64,000 nt of DNA from Malacoraja senta (lineage: Eukaryota). Of this stretch, positions 50,554 through 63,649 are shown piece after piece. The position numbers were made by a program, and so were the translations under genes. Positions within the stretch are counted from its first letter, which is position 1, and each line of letters begins with the position of its first letter. The notes below the pieces were generated by a model. It ran no database searches. It had not been told where the DNA came from and worked only from the letters and a program-made list of their open reading frames with translations. Where the stretch lies: NCBI GenBank assembly GCA_038087875.1, contig JAXLNO010000884.1, forward strand, positions 186,001 to 250,000, read 5' to 3'.

Positions 50554-53500
50554 TTATGTTGTATGAAAGTGTTGTATAAATTTTCCCCAAGTCTTATCAA
50601 ATTTAACCAAGGGTTCAACAATGTCACTTCTGATTTTTTCTAAATTTAAACATGATATCGTTTCAGAGTACCACTGGAGTGTGGTCGGAGGGTTGGAATC
50701 TTTCCATTTAAAGAAAATAAATCTTCTGGCAATTAATGTGGTAAAAGCAATCAACCGATGGGCGGAGTGGGACAAATGAATAGAATCTAACATTGGTAAC
50801 CCAAAAATTGCAGTAATAGGATGAGTTTGAAAATCTATACCTAAGACTACCGAAATAGTATCAAAAATGTATTTCCAATATTTTACCAAAAGAGGACAGG
50901 ACCAAAACATATGGGTCAGTGATGCCACTTCAGAGTTACATCTGTCACAGGTAGGATTTATATGACCACAAAAACGAGCTAACTTATCTTCTGACATATG
51001 AGTTCTGTGGACCACCTCGAATTGTATCAAAGCGTGTCTTGCACACATTGAAGAGGTATTAACTAATTGAAGGATCCTCTTCCATTTCTCTATAGATAAA
51101 GAAATTTGGAGTTCTCTTTCCCAGTCATTCTTAATTTTATCAAATGTATCTATTTGCAATTTTAAAATCAATTCATGATTAGTCGTTATTAATCCTTTCT
51201 GATAAGGGTTCAACTGTAAAACAAATTCCAAAATTTCGTGTTGATGTGGGAGCGGAAAAGGGGGTAGTTCCTTTTGTCTAATTTGTAAATATCTAAAAAA
51301 GTGTGAATTAGGTAAGTTATATTTATTGGAGAGTTGTTCGAAAGACATAAAACAACCCTCCAAAAACAAATTACGAAAAGCTACTAATCCCTTCCTCTTC
51401 CATAACAAAAAAACGTGATCAGTACTAGATGGTTGGAAGAGAAATTTGGATAAAAACATTTAGTCCAAAAAACGTATGAAATTGAAACCGTATTCGGAAC
51501 GTATGTCTTATTATTGGGTTCATCATATATTTATTCAATCTCGTAATTGTAAAAGGTAACGAGGCCCCTAGAATAGAAGCCAATTATAGACCTTGTAAGG
51601 AATCACATTCTAGGTTTATCCATTCAGGGCATTGGGTATCTTCTAAATCTTTTGTCCAAAATGTTAAATAACGAACATTGACTGCCCAATAGTAGAGTCT
51701 AAGGTTCGGCAATGCCAAACCACCAACTTTTTTTGATTTCTATAGGTATTTCTAACCTAGTCTGGGATTTTTATTCTGCCATATATATGAAGAAATTTTA
51801 GAGTCTATAATATCAAAGAAAGATTTGGCAATAAAAATTGGTATCGTCTGAAATAAATAGAGAAATGTAGGTAAAATGAACATTTTAATAGCATTGATTC
51901 GGCCAATTAAGGATAAGGACATTGGTGACCATTTAGTGAACTGATGTTTAATATGGTCAATTAAAGGAATAAAATTAGCTTTAAATAAATCCTTGTGTTT
52001 CTTGGTGATCTTAATACCTAAATAAGTAAAACTTTCGGTAGTCAATCTAAATGGAAGCTGTCCATAACTCGAAACAAATTTATTTAATGGGAAAGCTCAC
52101 TCTTACTAAGATTTAGTTTATAACCAGAAAAACTACCGAATTGATTAAGTAATGCTACTATTGGCGGAATAGATTTCTCAGGGTTAGAAATAAATAATAA
52201 CAGATCATCTGCATAAAGAGATAGCTTATGTGTCTTATTCCCGCGGACAATACCAAAAATATTAGGCGATTCCCTAATAGCAGTGGCTAAAGTTTCCAAA
52301 GCAATATCAAATAGTAAAGGACGTAAGGGACAGCCCTGTCTAGTACCTTGAAAGAGCCTGAAAAAAGGGGATCTCTGATTATTAGTAAATACAGAAGCCT
52401 GAGGTATAAGATATATCAGTTTGATCCAAGAGATAAATTTTGGACCAACCTTAACTTTTTCAAGTATATTGAATAAGTATTCCATTCTACTCTATCAATA
52501 ACCTTCTCGGCATCAAGTGAGATGACACATTCTGGGGTTTTATTAGACGCTGTATGTACAATATTTATTAATCTTCAAACATTAAAGAATGAGTAACGAT
52601 TTAAAAAAAAAACTGTCTGATCTTCAGAGATAATTTGCGGTAAAATCTTTTCTAATCTCATAGCTAATATTTTGGAAAGAATTTTAAAATCTACATTTAA
52701 CATTGATATAGGTCTATATGATGTCACTTCAGTAGGGTCTTTATCTTTTTTTAAAATTAAAGAAATAGAAGCTTCATAAAAAGATTGTGGTAATCTATTC
52801 CTTAAAAAAGGCTTCTTTAAATACCTTGCATAGCCGTGGAGACAATAAATTTGAGAAATACTTTAAAAATTCTACTGTAAACCCATCTAAACCGGGAGTT
52901 TTACCAGAATTTATTGAAAAAATTGCTTTCTGTATTTCTTCTTCCGTGATGGGTTCATCTAACAACAGAGACTCATTGTATGGTAAATTTGGTAAGTTCA
53001 GTTTCTTTAAAATCTCATGCATTATATTGGAATCAGTAGGAAAATCTGATTGGTATAGGGAGGTATAAAATTCCTGAAAGGATTTATTAATTTCGTCATG
53101 GTCTACAGTTACTGTACCATCCCGTTTACTCACTTTAGTAATCTGACTCTTGGCCGACACTGCTTTCAATTGATTATCAAGTAATTATCCAGATTTTTGC
53201 CATTTATATAAAATTTACTTTTGGTTTTAAGTAACTGGTTCTCAATCGGTGATACTAATAACAAATCATATCTCAATTGAAGTTCAACTCTATTCTTATA
53301 GAGCTCTAAACTAGGAGCTTTTGAATATTTTTTATCAATTTCTTTAATCTCGTCAGGCAATGTGTGTATTTCTTTTTGTGTTTGTTTTTTTAATCCCGCG
53401 GAGTATGAAATAATTTTCCATGAATATATGCCTTAAAAGCATCCCAAACTATATCATTGGATATCTCTTCATTAGAGTTTGTCAAGAAGTAAAAAGCAAT

Positions 53501-54290
53501 CTGATCTTTCATAAACTTAATAAAGTTTAAGTCTTGAAGCAAAGTAGCATTAAATTGCCATTGTTTAGCACTAAACTTGGAATCAGGTAGTTTGATCAAT
53601 AGTTTCACTGTTGCATGATCAGAAATAGCAATTGTATCATACTCACATGCAATGACCGATGGAACTAGCCAAGAATCTAGTATAAAATAGTCGATCCTAG
53701 AATAACTATGATATACATGAGAGAAAAATGAAAATTCTTTGTCATTTGCGTGTAAGAATCTCCAAATTTCTAACATTCCCGAGTCAAGTAAAAAAGAATT
53801 AATAAAATTAGCTGATTTATTTGGAAGCACATGATCAGATGTAGACCTATCAATCGAGGGATTCAAACAGCAATTGAAGTCTCCACCCATTATTAAAAAG
53901 TGTTCATTTAAATTAGGAAAGGATGCAATTAACTGTTTAAAAAACTCAGGGTGATCAATATTTGGTGCATAGACATTCACCATAGCGACTTTTTGCCTAT
54001 AAAGGACACCGGTAATCACCAAGAATCTGCCATATCGATCAGAAATTGTTTCATGGTGAACAAACGGAATTGAGGGGTCGATAAAAATAGAGACTCCTTT
54101 CCCCTTAGCCTGTGAATTTGAATGAAACTGCTGTCCTCTCCAAAACTTGAAAAATCGTTACTTGTCATCTTGCCTTACATGAGTTTCCTGAACAAAGATA
54201 ATCTGAGCATTTAGTCTGTGAAGATTTTTTTTTTAATCCTCTTAATGGGATGGTTCAAGCCATTCACATTCCATGAAAGGAACTTTATCC
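50554..54290 (-). pseudogene. L1 ORF2p (endonuclease, RT, C-terminal), multiple frameshifts
   Basis: Pieces at 53390-54022, 53166-53360, 52795-53169, 52084-52485, 51752-52045 and 50554-51459 lie in the expected domain order. Confidence 0.9.
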
Positions 54291-54905
54291 ATATTGCTTG
54301 TAAAAATCATGTGGGATGTAATGGGTTAATTTCTTGAAGCCTAAAAGTTCATAATACTGGAAGAAGAAAAATCTAGGGCGGAGCCAGGTGACGACATTTC
54401 AGCCAATTTTGTAGTTCAGAGTTTGCACAAATGGAGATCACTATATAGGGAACAGAAGACCCATCCCCCTCCCCCCTCCCACCCCTGTAGAACCCCAAAC
54501 TGACCAAAAGACAGTCAGCAAACTACCTAATCCCCTCCCCGATCCCATCTCTCCCAGTAACAGCGCACAGCATAAAATGAATAATATTTAACCATGACGT
54601 CATAGCACATTCGTTATTATCTCTTTGAGAGAGAAGAAAAAAAAATACAGACTGGCATGGAATGCTGCTTATTATTATCCAAGGTCAAGATATGAAAAAC
54701 AAGAACTGCGTTCTCTTAGTTTGTTCAACGACAGGGGAACACGAATTAACAAAGAAATTCTTAAAAGAATATATATAAAAGAAAAACAACACGTCCAGTT
54801 AAATTCTTAATCATTACCAAACGAAATGTTGTCAACATAGGAACAGTAAATCTCCAATTATAACTTAATCAGCTATCAATTACTCCCCTTCCTCGTCGTA
54901 GCTCT

Positions 54906-55814
54906 TCAGACACAGCTGGAGGCGTCTTGAGGACTGTTAAAAAATCGAAAGTTACCATTGAAAAGCCGAATACGCAATCTAGCTGGTGATAATAAAGCTG
55001 GGCGCAGTTTTTTCTTATATAAATCAGACATTACATTATAAAAAGTATTTCTTATTTCCAAAAGCTCGTAACTATAATCAGGGACAAACCGAAACTTACA
55101 TCCTTCATATTCAACCACACCCAACTTTTTTGCTGCCTGGAGAATATTCTCCTTCATTTGAAAAAAATGAAACCGAATGATCAAGTGTCTCGGTTTATTA
55201 CCGGATTTCTTCCCAATCCTGTGTGCGTTATCCATGAACGGAAGGTTTTCATTGTGCTCAATGTTGAATGTTTCCTTTATCATTTTAGAAGCAAATTTTA
55301 TAACGTTATTTCCTTCTTGGATTTCCGGCAAACCAACAATTCGTCAATTCAAACGATGGCTTCTGTTTTCTAAGTCCATATTTTTAGACTTGTATTGCTG
55401 AAGTGCTCGAGTGTTTTCATTCATTCTCCGTTCCAATTTTTCAATCTTCAAATCTCTCTCCTTTCCCAGGGTGCGCAAGATATCAATTCGATCCCTTTGT
55501 TTACGAAGTTCATCTTGTAACAAAGACAGTTTTCCTTGGACTTCCTTCAATTTGGTCCAAACTCCTTTCACCATTTCTTCCAAACTGCCAAATCTTGTTT
55601 TCATTTCATTTTTCAGCTCATTTTTCAATTCATCGTTCATTTTCGATATTGCTTCTATGATGATGGAATCAGAAGCTGCAGCTGTGGTTGTGGCTTTCCC
55701 CAGTTCCTTCTTTGGGGATCCTCCTTTCCTTCTTGTCTCCATCCTTTTCACGATTAAGGCGTGTAAAAGTGTTATCAACACTTTATGAACAGTTAGACGG
55801 TGTCTTGAAGTCAA
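54906..55814 (-). pseudogene. L1 ORF1p with a single in-frame stop at 55344-55346
   Basis: ORFs 55344-55814 and 54906-55331 share a frame: DLENRSHRLN*RIVGMPE..DNAHRIG..KPRHLIIRFH..PDYS..ALLSPARLRI. Confidence 0.85.
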
Positions 55815-56434
55815 ATAGTCACCAGTAACATTGAAAGAGTGGTCAGTGGAAGTTAAAAGTTAAGGGAGCAAACGAGTTTGCAACCTTACAGCATGCTGCC
55901 ACAAGGAGAGTCTAGCTATTGACATGTTATTGATGTTCATGATTATTCTGTTCTTTGTGCCTGGCCATTTTGACTTTGTCACATTTTACTTGGTTTATGA
56001 TATTGTACAAGATTTGCAATCACACCTCCCAATTGACTAAAATTATCCCAATTAACTAAATGCCTACTATGGCATTTCTATTATTGCATTATATTCAGTC
56101 CAGGGCAGAAGCTGCAGTTTTTTAAAAAGGGCAAGTTTTTATTACATACTATGTGGTGTGTGCCAGGAAAGCACTGCCAGGGATGGTGGCGTCTGGGGTG
56201 CACCTTCGTGGTGCATGGAGATGCAGGGGTTTGAGGGACATGAATCATTTGCAGGCAGATGCTGCCTAACTGGTGTCTGTCCGACTGATCTGGACGGATC
56301 TGATGGTCAGGCAGGGAATATTTACAGTGACCCAATGGTGCTGAGTTCGTTGAATTTTACGGTGAATGGGAATGCCCCTGTAATAGAGGAACAGGTCCTT
56401 TGTCCAACAACGTTTGTGCTGAACATGACGCAAC

Positions 56435-56955
56435 CTGAGGCAGAGTGGCGCTGCTGGTAGAGCTGCTGCCTCAGTGCGTCATACACATCAGTTCAATCCT
56501 AACCTCGCTTGTCGGCTGTGTGAAGTTTGCATGTATTCCCTATGACCGCATGGGTTTCCACTGTCCTCCAGTTTTCACACACATACTAAAGATACCAGGT
56601 TTTATGGGTTAATTGGTCTCTGTAATTTGACCCTAGTGTGGAAGCGAAAGTTAGATAACATAGAACTTGTGTGAACGAAACTATGTGAAGGAGTATTGAG
56701 TTTTTTTGTTTAGTTTAGAGAGAGAGCATTGAAACAGACACTTCGGCCCCACTGAGTCCGCACCAACCAACGATCACCCACATAAGCTAGGGACACAAGT
56801 CAATTAACCTACAAACCTGCACACCTGTCTTTGGAATGTGGGAGGAAACTGGAGCACCTGGAGAAAACCTATGCAGTCACAGGGAGAAGGTACAAATTCC
56901 GTACAGACATCACCCGTGGTCAGGATCAAACCCAGGTGTCTGGCGCTGTGCCTTT
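56435..56955. mobile_element. Two V-SINE copies tail to tail (56435-56690 on +, 56705-56955 on -)
   Basis: Head ggcagagtggcgctgctggtagagctgctgcc on +, and tttagtttagagag..aattaacctacaaacctgcac..gggaggaaactggagcacc on -. Confidence 0.7.
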
Positions 56956-57083
56956 ATATCTGGAAGGAAGATGTTATGTGGGATGAACCAACAGTGAAAG
57001 CGAATAAACTAGTTGCATCTTTCTGAGTTCTGTTCTCTGCTATGCCATTTCTTTGTTGTCTATTATTTAAATTCCTTCCTCAG

Positions 57084-57124
57084 CTTATCAAAATATTCAA
57101 CCAAAGCAGAACGTGCACTGCTAA
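57084..57124 (+). pseudogene. Candidate terminal cytoplasmic-tail exon of the MHC class I-like gene, (A)YQNIQPKQNVHC*
   Basis: The acceptor ttccttcctcag/ is phase compatible with the TM exon donor (G+CT=Ala). The exon is short and about 10 kb downstream, so this could be chance. Confidence 0.4.
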
Positions 57125-57379
57125 CCAATCGCTGAGTAGAAGATTTCATGGATGTGATTAAAATGCAGGAACTGAAATAAATGGAAAGAGTTAAATTAAG
57201 TTTATCAAACATGACAGAAATTCTCAATAGACTGCCCTGCATTTGTACAAATTAGAGCTATCTAGCAATTTATGTTGATAACAACTGATATGACTGAGGC
57301 CTCGACTCCTTTACTGTGCTTATTCCACATAAGACACAATTCCCTGTTCTTTTAGAATATATCCATGCATTATCCATCA

Positions 57380-58095
57380 ATTCACCACCACATCATGCCT
57401 CTTTAATACATTCATAAGGTTAACTCTGTTTCTTGTCATCTCCAAGGAACAGAACCAGTGATTTCAGCCATTCATGGTTAGGCAACACTTGCTTATTCCA
57501 GAAATCTCTTCTAGCTGATATCAAATATTAATATATCCTTTCTTAAATTTGAGGACCAAGCTGTACACAGTGATCCTGATTTGTCCTTAGCAACATCATG
57601 TTCCATAATTACAATAGTAATCTACCTTTGAATGCTAATCACCTTCTGAGTTGTGTGCTGCATCTACCTGCTGGCTTTTTGTTTTGCACTTTAAGTACTT
57701 GAATCCCTTGTACTCCACTCATTTGCTATCTCACTCCATTTAGATAATAGCTTTCTTCGAATTGCTCTTACCAGAGTGTGTGAGCACATATTTTCCATTA
57801 TTAAACTCCATTTGCCATGTTTATGTTCATCTAACAAAGAGTCATGGAGCCATATAGCATGGAAGTAGGTACTTCAGCCCTAATGCTCCAAGTTGAACAA
57901 GATGCTACATTTAGGTTAGTCACATTTGCCAGCGTTTGGCCCACATTCCTCTCAACATGTTCTATCCATGTACCTGCCCAAGTGTCTTTTCAATGTTGTT
58001 ATTCTACCTTCGCTGGCAGCTCATTCCATACACCCAGTAACCTCTTAGTAGAAAAGGTTGCCTCTCAGGTTACTACTAAATCTTCCTCCTCACCT
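57380..58095 (-). mobile_element. Old CR1-like LINE fragments
   Basis: aaatttgaggaccaagctgtacacag, ccatttagataatag, and aactccatttgcca motifs, followed by a tail-type segment catatagcatggaagtagg. Confidence 0.5.
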
Positions 58096-58899
58096 TAAAC
58101 CCATTGGTGCAGTGCTGCCGGAGCTCACCTGAGCACTGATCCGGCACCTCTGTTCAAGAAAAAATAAACAGCGTGGAATTTTAACTAGCGGATGTGTGGT
58201 CGGGGTACCCTGATTAAAAGAGGGGTAAGGGGAAGATCCATCACTACTGAGGTTCCCTGTAGGAGGGGGGGACACTATGATGCAGCAGAGTCAGACCATG
58301 TGATGTGTGCATCGTTTGTCGTTGTGGGCCTGGAGCTGAGCCTGGAACTCTGTTGGGTGGGTGAGTGGGTGGATGTTTAGGTAAATGAGTGTGAGGGTGA
58401 GAGTGTGTGTGTGTGAGTGTGTGTGTGAAGGCCCAAAGCTGCAGGATAGCCAGGGCGAGTTGGTGTCTTGCCGGCACCTTTGTAAAAATACATGATAACC
58501 GTATTTTTCTTTACTTGCTTCATAATTATATTTCATGATAATCAGTGAGTGCAACCGTGCAATATTTTGTCATAATTAAATTAAGTATTATATGTTTTAA
58601 TGTACTAGCTATACACTGGGATGTAGTAATAGGCTGTAATCTTGTTTGACCCTCTAGGGAGACTAGCTTGCCCCCCCCCCTCCCCCATCAAAATCTGAAA
58701 TGCCCCTGTTTGACAGCTCCGACACCTAAAAAATTAGCATTGAACACTGCTTAAACCTGTTTTTGCTGGTTCTTGATTACCCTACCCTGGGTAAAATAAA
58801 TCCTGATCAATCGCCCTCATGATTTTAGAAAGCTCTCTAAGCACCAATTAAATGGTTTCAATTATAGATAGAGTAAGACTTTGTGGTTATTTCCAACAA

Positions 58900-59650
58900 G
58901 AATTTTAGACTAAAGAAAGGGCAGTGGAAGTACTTGGTCAAACAGCATCTGTGGAGGCAAATGACATATACCAACATTTCAAGGTAAGGCACTGCATTAG
59001 AATTGAAGGAGAGGATGGGAAGATTCTAACAGTTTGAAGGAGGAATGGGGCAGAGGCTGGTACGTGGCAGGTGGAATAAGCTGGGGAGGGGATGATGGGC
59101 AGATGGAGCTAAGTTGGTGTATGGGTGGTTGTGGGAGAACAAATGAACACCAGTGGTATGGATAAGCTGAAATGTGAAAACTTTATATTCATACCATCGG
59201 CTTATAAGTTACCCAGGGGGATTATCAGATATTATACTTAAAACTTTCTGTGCCCAAGGTTAACGACAGAAGGGTCAGTGTGAGAGTGGGAAGGGGTATT
59301 AAATACGATACAACAGATCTCAGGATGATCTTTACTTCAAAGGGATGTGCTCTACAAAATGGTTGACATCTAAGCTAGTTTCTCCACAGTGTGAGCAATG
59401 AATGCAGTAGAGAAAGTTGAAAGAGGTGCAAGTGAACCTCTGTCTCATTTGAACAGTTTATTCTCCTGTTGTTCACCTCTTCCTCCTCCTCACCTACCTG
59501 TTTCCAGCTACCCATTATCTTCTTCCCACCTGGTTCTACGTTTGATCTACCAGTCTCTGTCCTATTCCTCCCTGATTGCTATATATTGGCAATCCATCCT
59601 CTTCCCTAACAGGCCTGGTGCAGGTTCTTGACCCTATTTGTGACATCAAC
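58900..59650. mobile_element. Degraded Penelope-like fragments in both orientations
   Basis: cagcatctgtggaggcaaatg, aaactttatattcatacc..ttataagttaccc, and the C/T-rich segment ending ggttcttgaccc. Confidence 0.45.
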
Positions 59651-61304
59651 CATTTGTCCCAATAATTTGCTTGAGCCATTGAATGCTTTCAGTCTTCTGT
59701 TTTTAGTTGCAGATTCCATTAGCTACAGTCATTACTGGATAGAATATATGTTGTTTTAACACTGCATTTAGTCTGAGACACAGCACCAATAAATGTTGTT
59801 ACATAACGCTTGGTTATTTGATGATGTCAAAAGTCTTGATTGTTTGTACTTTGTACATTTCTAATCTAATGCAAAGAATTTATCATCCATATGAATATAA
59901 AATTATCCACGGTAACTGGTGGTACAGAGATCAAGTTCATTTTATGTGGCTCATTTGGTACAAGTTCTTCTCTTGAGATTTCACCTAATAATAGTTGCCT
60001 GTAGAATGTGCTTGATAAATGGACCATTGAATATAAGATTTTTGGAAATAGATTGGCATGAAATCCAAGTAAGCACATTGGATTGCACCCTGTTTTATAG
60101 TGGCTTCATGTTGCGAAGTAAAGGCAAGATATATGGAATGTGCAAGATATAATATGAAAGATATAATATGCAAGTCGCAAAATTAAATTGTTGTTAAGAA
60201 AATGTAAGGCCTCCATTTATTTGCAACAGCATCAATCACAGTTAACTTACGTCAAAGTTGATTTTGTATTTTTTAAAGAATGAATGGGAACAAAATGATC
60301 AAAAATGAATTGGCAGTCAAAGTAATACAAGGTTGTAGAGGAGACAAGTGTCTAGGAACAGGCCACTCTGCCTATCCTGCCAATACTGGCGCATATAGTC
60401 CACATGACACTCTTCTCACCTTATGCGATCTGCAAAATGGTTGGCAAGTCTATGCTGGATTCTCCAATGTAGAACCGACTGTTCTTTTCTCTTTTGTGTT
60501 TGCCCAGCCTTCCCCTAAATGCAATTAATTGATCTGGATCCTCATGCTCACCTGTATTGGGTGGGAGGGGAGGAGAGGGAGCATTCTCTGTAGAATTCTT
60601 TGCTGGATTTTATGGTGGAAATGTTTTCACCATAGTGAATCATTTAAAAGCTTTATGTATTTAAATATCACCCTTCAGCCACTTCTCAAAGGGGTGGAGG
60701 GCAGGGGGTGGACAACTTACCCAGGGACATTCGATGACTGTGTTTTGTTTATTTTATCCAAACATTTTTTAATATAGATTAATATAGTATTAATGTTTTG
60801 TATCTTGGGTAAGCACATTGAAATAGCAATGGATGGCGTGTTCAGAAAGTTATTTCTGATTTGTCCTCGCTTTGTGAACACCAAACCAATGTATGCATCT
60901 GCAAAAGGCATTGGCACCAGGGTCTCGGTTCCTTTTAAGCAATCCCAGTTATCATGTTCTTAGATGCAGAGCAAATGTGGCCACGATAACTACAAAAATG
61001 TTGAAATGCAGAATATAAAAGTAATAGGAATTCAGGCATTTGAGCCTCAACTATTATTCCATGTGATCAATTGTGACCTAAAATATCTACCTTGATCCTT
61101 TTATTTCTCTCATCCTTTGACCATACAAATAACATATAACTCCTTGTATAAATTCAATGATCTGTGTTCAACTGTTTCCAGTGGTATAACATTCCACACG
61201 TTCATCATTCTGTGCGAGAAGTAATCGCTCTTCATCTCAACTTGAAGCCTGATCATCAGATTGTGACCACTGGGTCCTGAACTGACCGGATTTACCTCTT
61301 CAAT

Positions 61305-61333
61305 ATATGTATACGTACATATATACACATATA

Positions 61334-61378
<45 letters not shown>
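61305..61378. repeat. (TA)n/(TG)n microsatellite
   Basis: Direct reading: atatgtgtgtgtgtatatatatatatatatatatatatatatatatgtg. Confidence 0.95.
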
Positions 61379-61379
<1 letters not shown>

Positions 61380-62874
61380 CACACTGATTTTGTTTTTCTC
61401 TTTCTCGTTTTTCATATCAGCATACATTAGTCCTCCCATCCCTGAAAATTGATGAACCTTCACAGCTCTCCCTCCATAACAAGAACATTCTTCCTAAGAC
61501 CAGGAGACTAAAACTGCAGATGCCATGGTCTTGGCAAGCACATTTCTCAGAATAACATGATGTATCTTTAGAAAGGGATAAGGAGGAATCTCTGGTCAGA
61601 GGGTGGTGAATCACATATTACGTTCTTGGAGCTCTGGAAAATTATCAATCTTTGATGGGAAGAATGTATAGGGAGGCTGATCACTTTGCTGGAGGGTTTG
61701 AGAGCGGACAAGGAATTATATGCAACGTGCGTTTGGAATTTCAAGTGTATGGCACGTAGATGTTGTGTAATTGGCTCCATTATGCCCTTAGTGCATTGGA
61801 AAAGGTAAACAAGGTTATCACCTATGATGACATTTTCTGCTAACTGCACTTTATGGTAAGCAAGTAGGCTGGCTTTGGGAAACAATTAGATGATTGAGGG
61901 CTCGCTTAGAATAACTGGGAAATTATGGAGCAGCCTACAAGGATATTTAGTGTAGCTAAAGGAGAAGTTAAACCTTTCTTTCTCCGAGACATGCAAGAAT
62001 AGCTCGGTGCTTGATTTAATGCAGAACCTTTGAAGGACAGTGGCTGGGCCGCAAGATCTCTATACCAGCCATCATAAATAGGAGTCTCCAATGTGCAGAA
62101 GACAGTGAGACTTGATGGTATTTGCCACGGCTTCTATCATTTAACACATTGAGCTGAAAGCCATGAGATTCGTTGCTTTTTAATGCTTTGTCTTGTAATT
62201 TGATGTAATAAAGATAGTCATTTGTACCCTTGAAATTTTCTTTCTCCGTTCATTGATCCAACTCCTATTTATGTTTCATCACAAAGAGCGACTTGGATAA
62301 ACTAATTGTGAGCAAAAACATGCAAAACTACAGTCGAAGGGCTGGGGTTGAACAAGTGATTTTCTCCAGTAGAGAGGTGGCATTGGCCTGATAGGATGAA
62401 TGGTCTCCATCAGCACAGTAAACATTTAAATGATGCATTGATTTATATTCATCATCGTATATCAAATAAACTTAGGGATACGGAAGGATAAATATTTTGG
62501 CCTTTTTATATGGTGCAAAATAACCCACCCCAGAACAATAAATAGTTGTGAATTTACACTTAATATTATCTGTCACTGAAGCAGAGTGCAGAGGTTCTCA
62601 AATTCATTTAAGAAATAGTATTAAGGCGACTGTATAGAAAATGGTGGGTATTGCTTGACAGCAGGATGGGAGTAGTATTGTAGTGGTAGTGATGAGGTGT
62701 TTTGATGGCAGTGATCATAATTTAGCATGATTAAAGTAGCAATGTACACTAGGAATGCAGGTTCGCAGCTGAGGTGAAAGCATTTCCAAGACTGCAACAC
62801 AATTTAACAGAAATGTAATACAAAATGTAATAAAATAGGGCAATTAAATGGTAACAGTTAACAGATCTCTGGGG

Positions 62875-63065
62875 ATACTAGAAACTGCAGATATTTGATT
62901 GTTGAGCAAAACTGTTGGAGGAACAGTGGGTCAGGCAACATCTGTGGGATGGAATGAACCAACGAAATTTCAGGCTGGAACTCTTGTTCAGACTGGTGAC
63001 TTCAAAACGTTGTCAGTCGATTCCCACCACAGATGCTGCCTGACACACTGAATTCTTCATGCATT
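62875..63065. mobile_element. Head-to-head pair of Penelope-like terminal repeats
   Basis: gggtcaggcaacatctgtggga (-) faces accacagatgctgcctgacacactga (+) around 62990. Confidence 0.5.
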
Positions 63066-63329
63066 TGTTTTTAACACACCAGCTGGAAAGAGTCCAGAGA
63101 AGATGTACAAGGAGACTTGATAGTGGCATTTGAAGTCTTTAGAAAGCATCGATATGCAGTGAAAGGATGGATATGGAACATGTGTTGGTGGAGGAGATTA
63201 GTTCAACTTGGCATCACGTTCGGAACAGAAGGTGTGGGCCCAAGGGCCTGTTCCTATGCTGAACTGTTCTGCAAGTCACTGAGTCTATGTTCAGGGAGGG
63301 TGAGGTTGAGAAGGCTCTGATTTCAATAG

Positions 63330-63640
63330 ACAATAGGTGCATGAGTAGGCCAATCGATCCTTCGAGCCAGCACCGCCATTCGACGTGATCATGGCTGATC
63401 ATCCCCAATCAGTACCCCGTTCCTGCCTTCTCCCCATATCCCCTGACTCCGCTATTTTTAAGAGCCCTATCTAGCTCTCTCTTGAAAGCATCCAGAGAAC
63501 CTGCCTCCACCGCCCTCTGAGGCAGAGAATTCCACAGACTCACCACTCTCTGTGAGAAAAAGTGTTTCATCTTCTGCGTTCTAAATGGCTTACTCCTTAT
63601 TCATAAACTGTGATCCTTGGTTCTGGAACTGTAGCCCCTG
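63330..63640 (-). mobile_element. CR1 3' end, well preserved
   Basis: caataggtgcatgagtaggcc..ttcgagccagcaccgccattc..cagtaccccgttcctgccttctccccatatcccc; same family as 34280. Confidence 0.85.
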
Positions 63641-63649
63641 GTTCTGGAT

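Larger units (their letters stand above)
50085..55910 (-). mobile_element. Full-length L1-clade LINE (5' UTR, ORF1, ~0.6-kb spacer, ORF2, 3' UTR), inactive
   Basis: ORF1 with coiled coil and RRM/CTD motifs. ORF2 endonuclease IKFLSWNVNGLN near 54288, GDFN, SRIDYF; RT QGTRQGCPL, SLYADD; C-terminal NPTCDRC..HMFWSC. Confidence 0.93.

Noticed and set aside
56158-56460. 100-aa Cys/Gly-containing ORF
   Set aside because: There is no recognisable domain or clear splice sites, and it runs into a SINE head.
58100-58710. Possible hAT-like MITE ending in gcccctg
   Set aside because: I could not find a matching left TIR or an 8-bp TSD.
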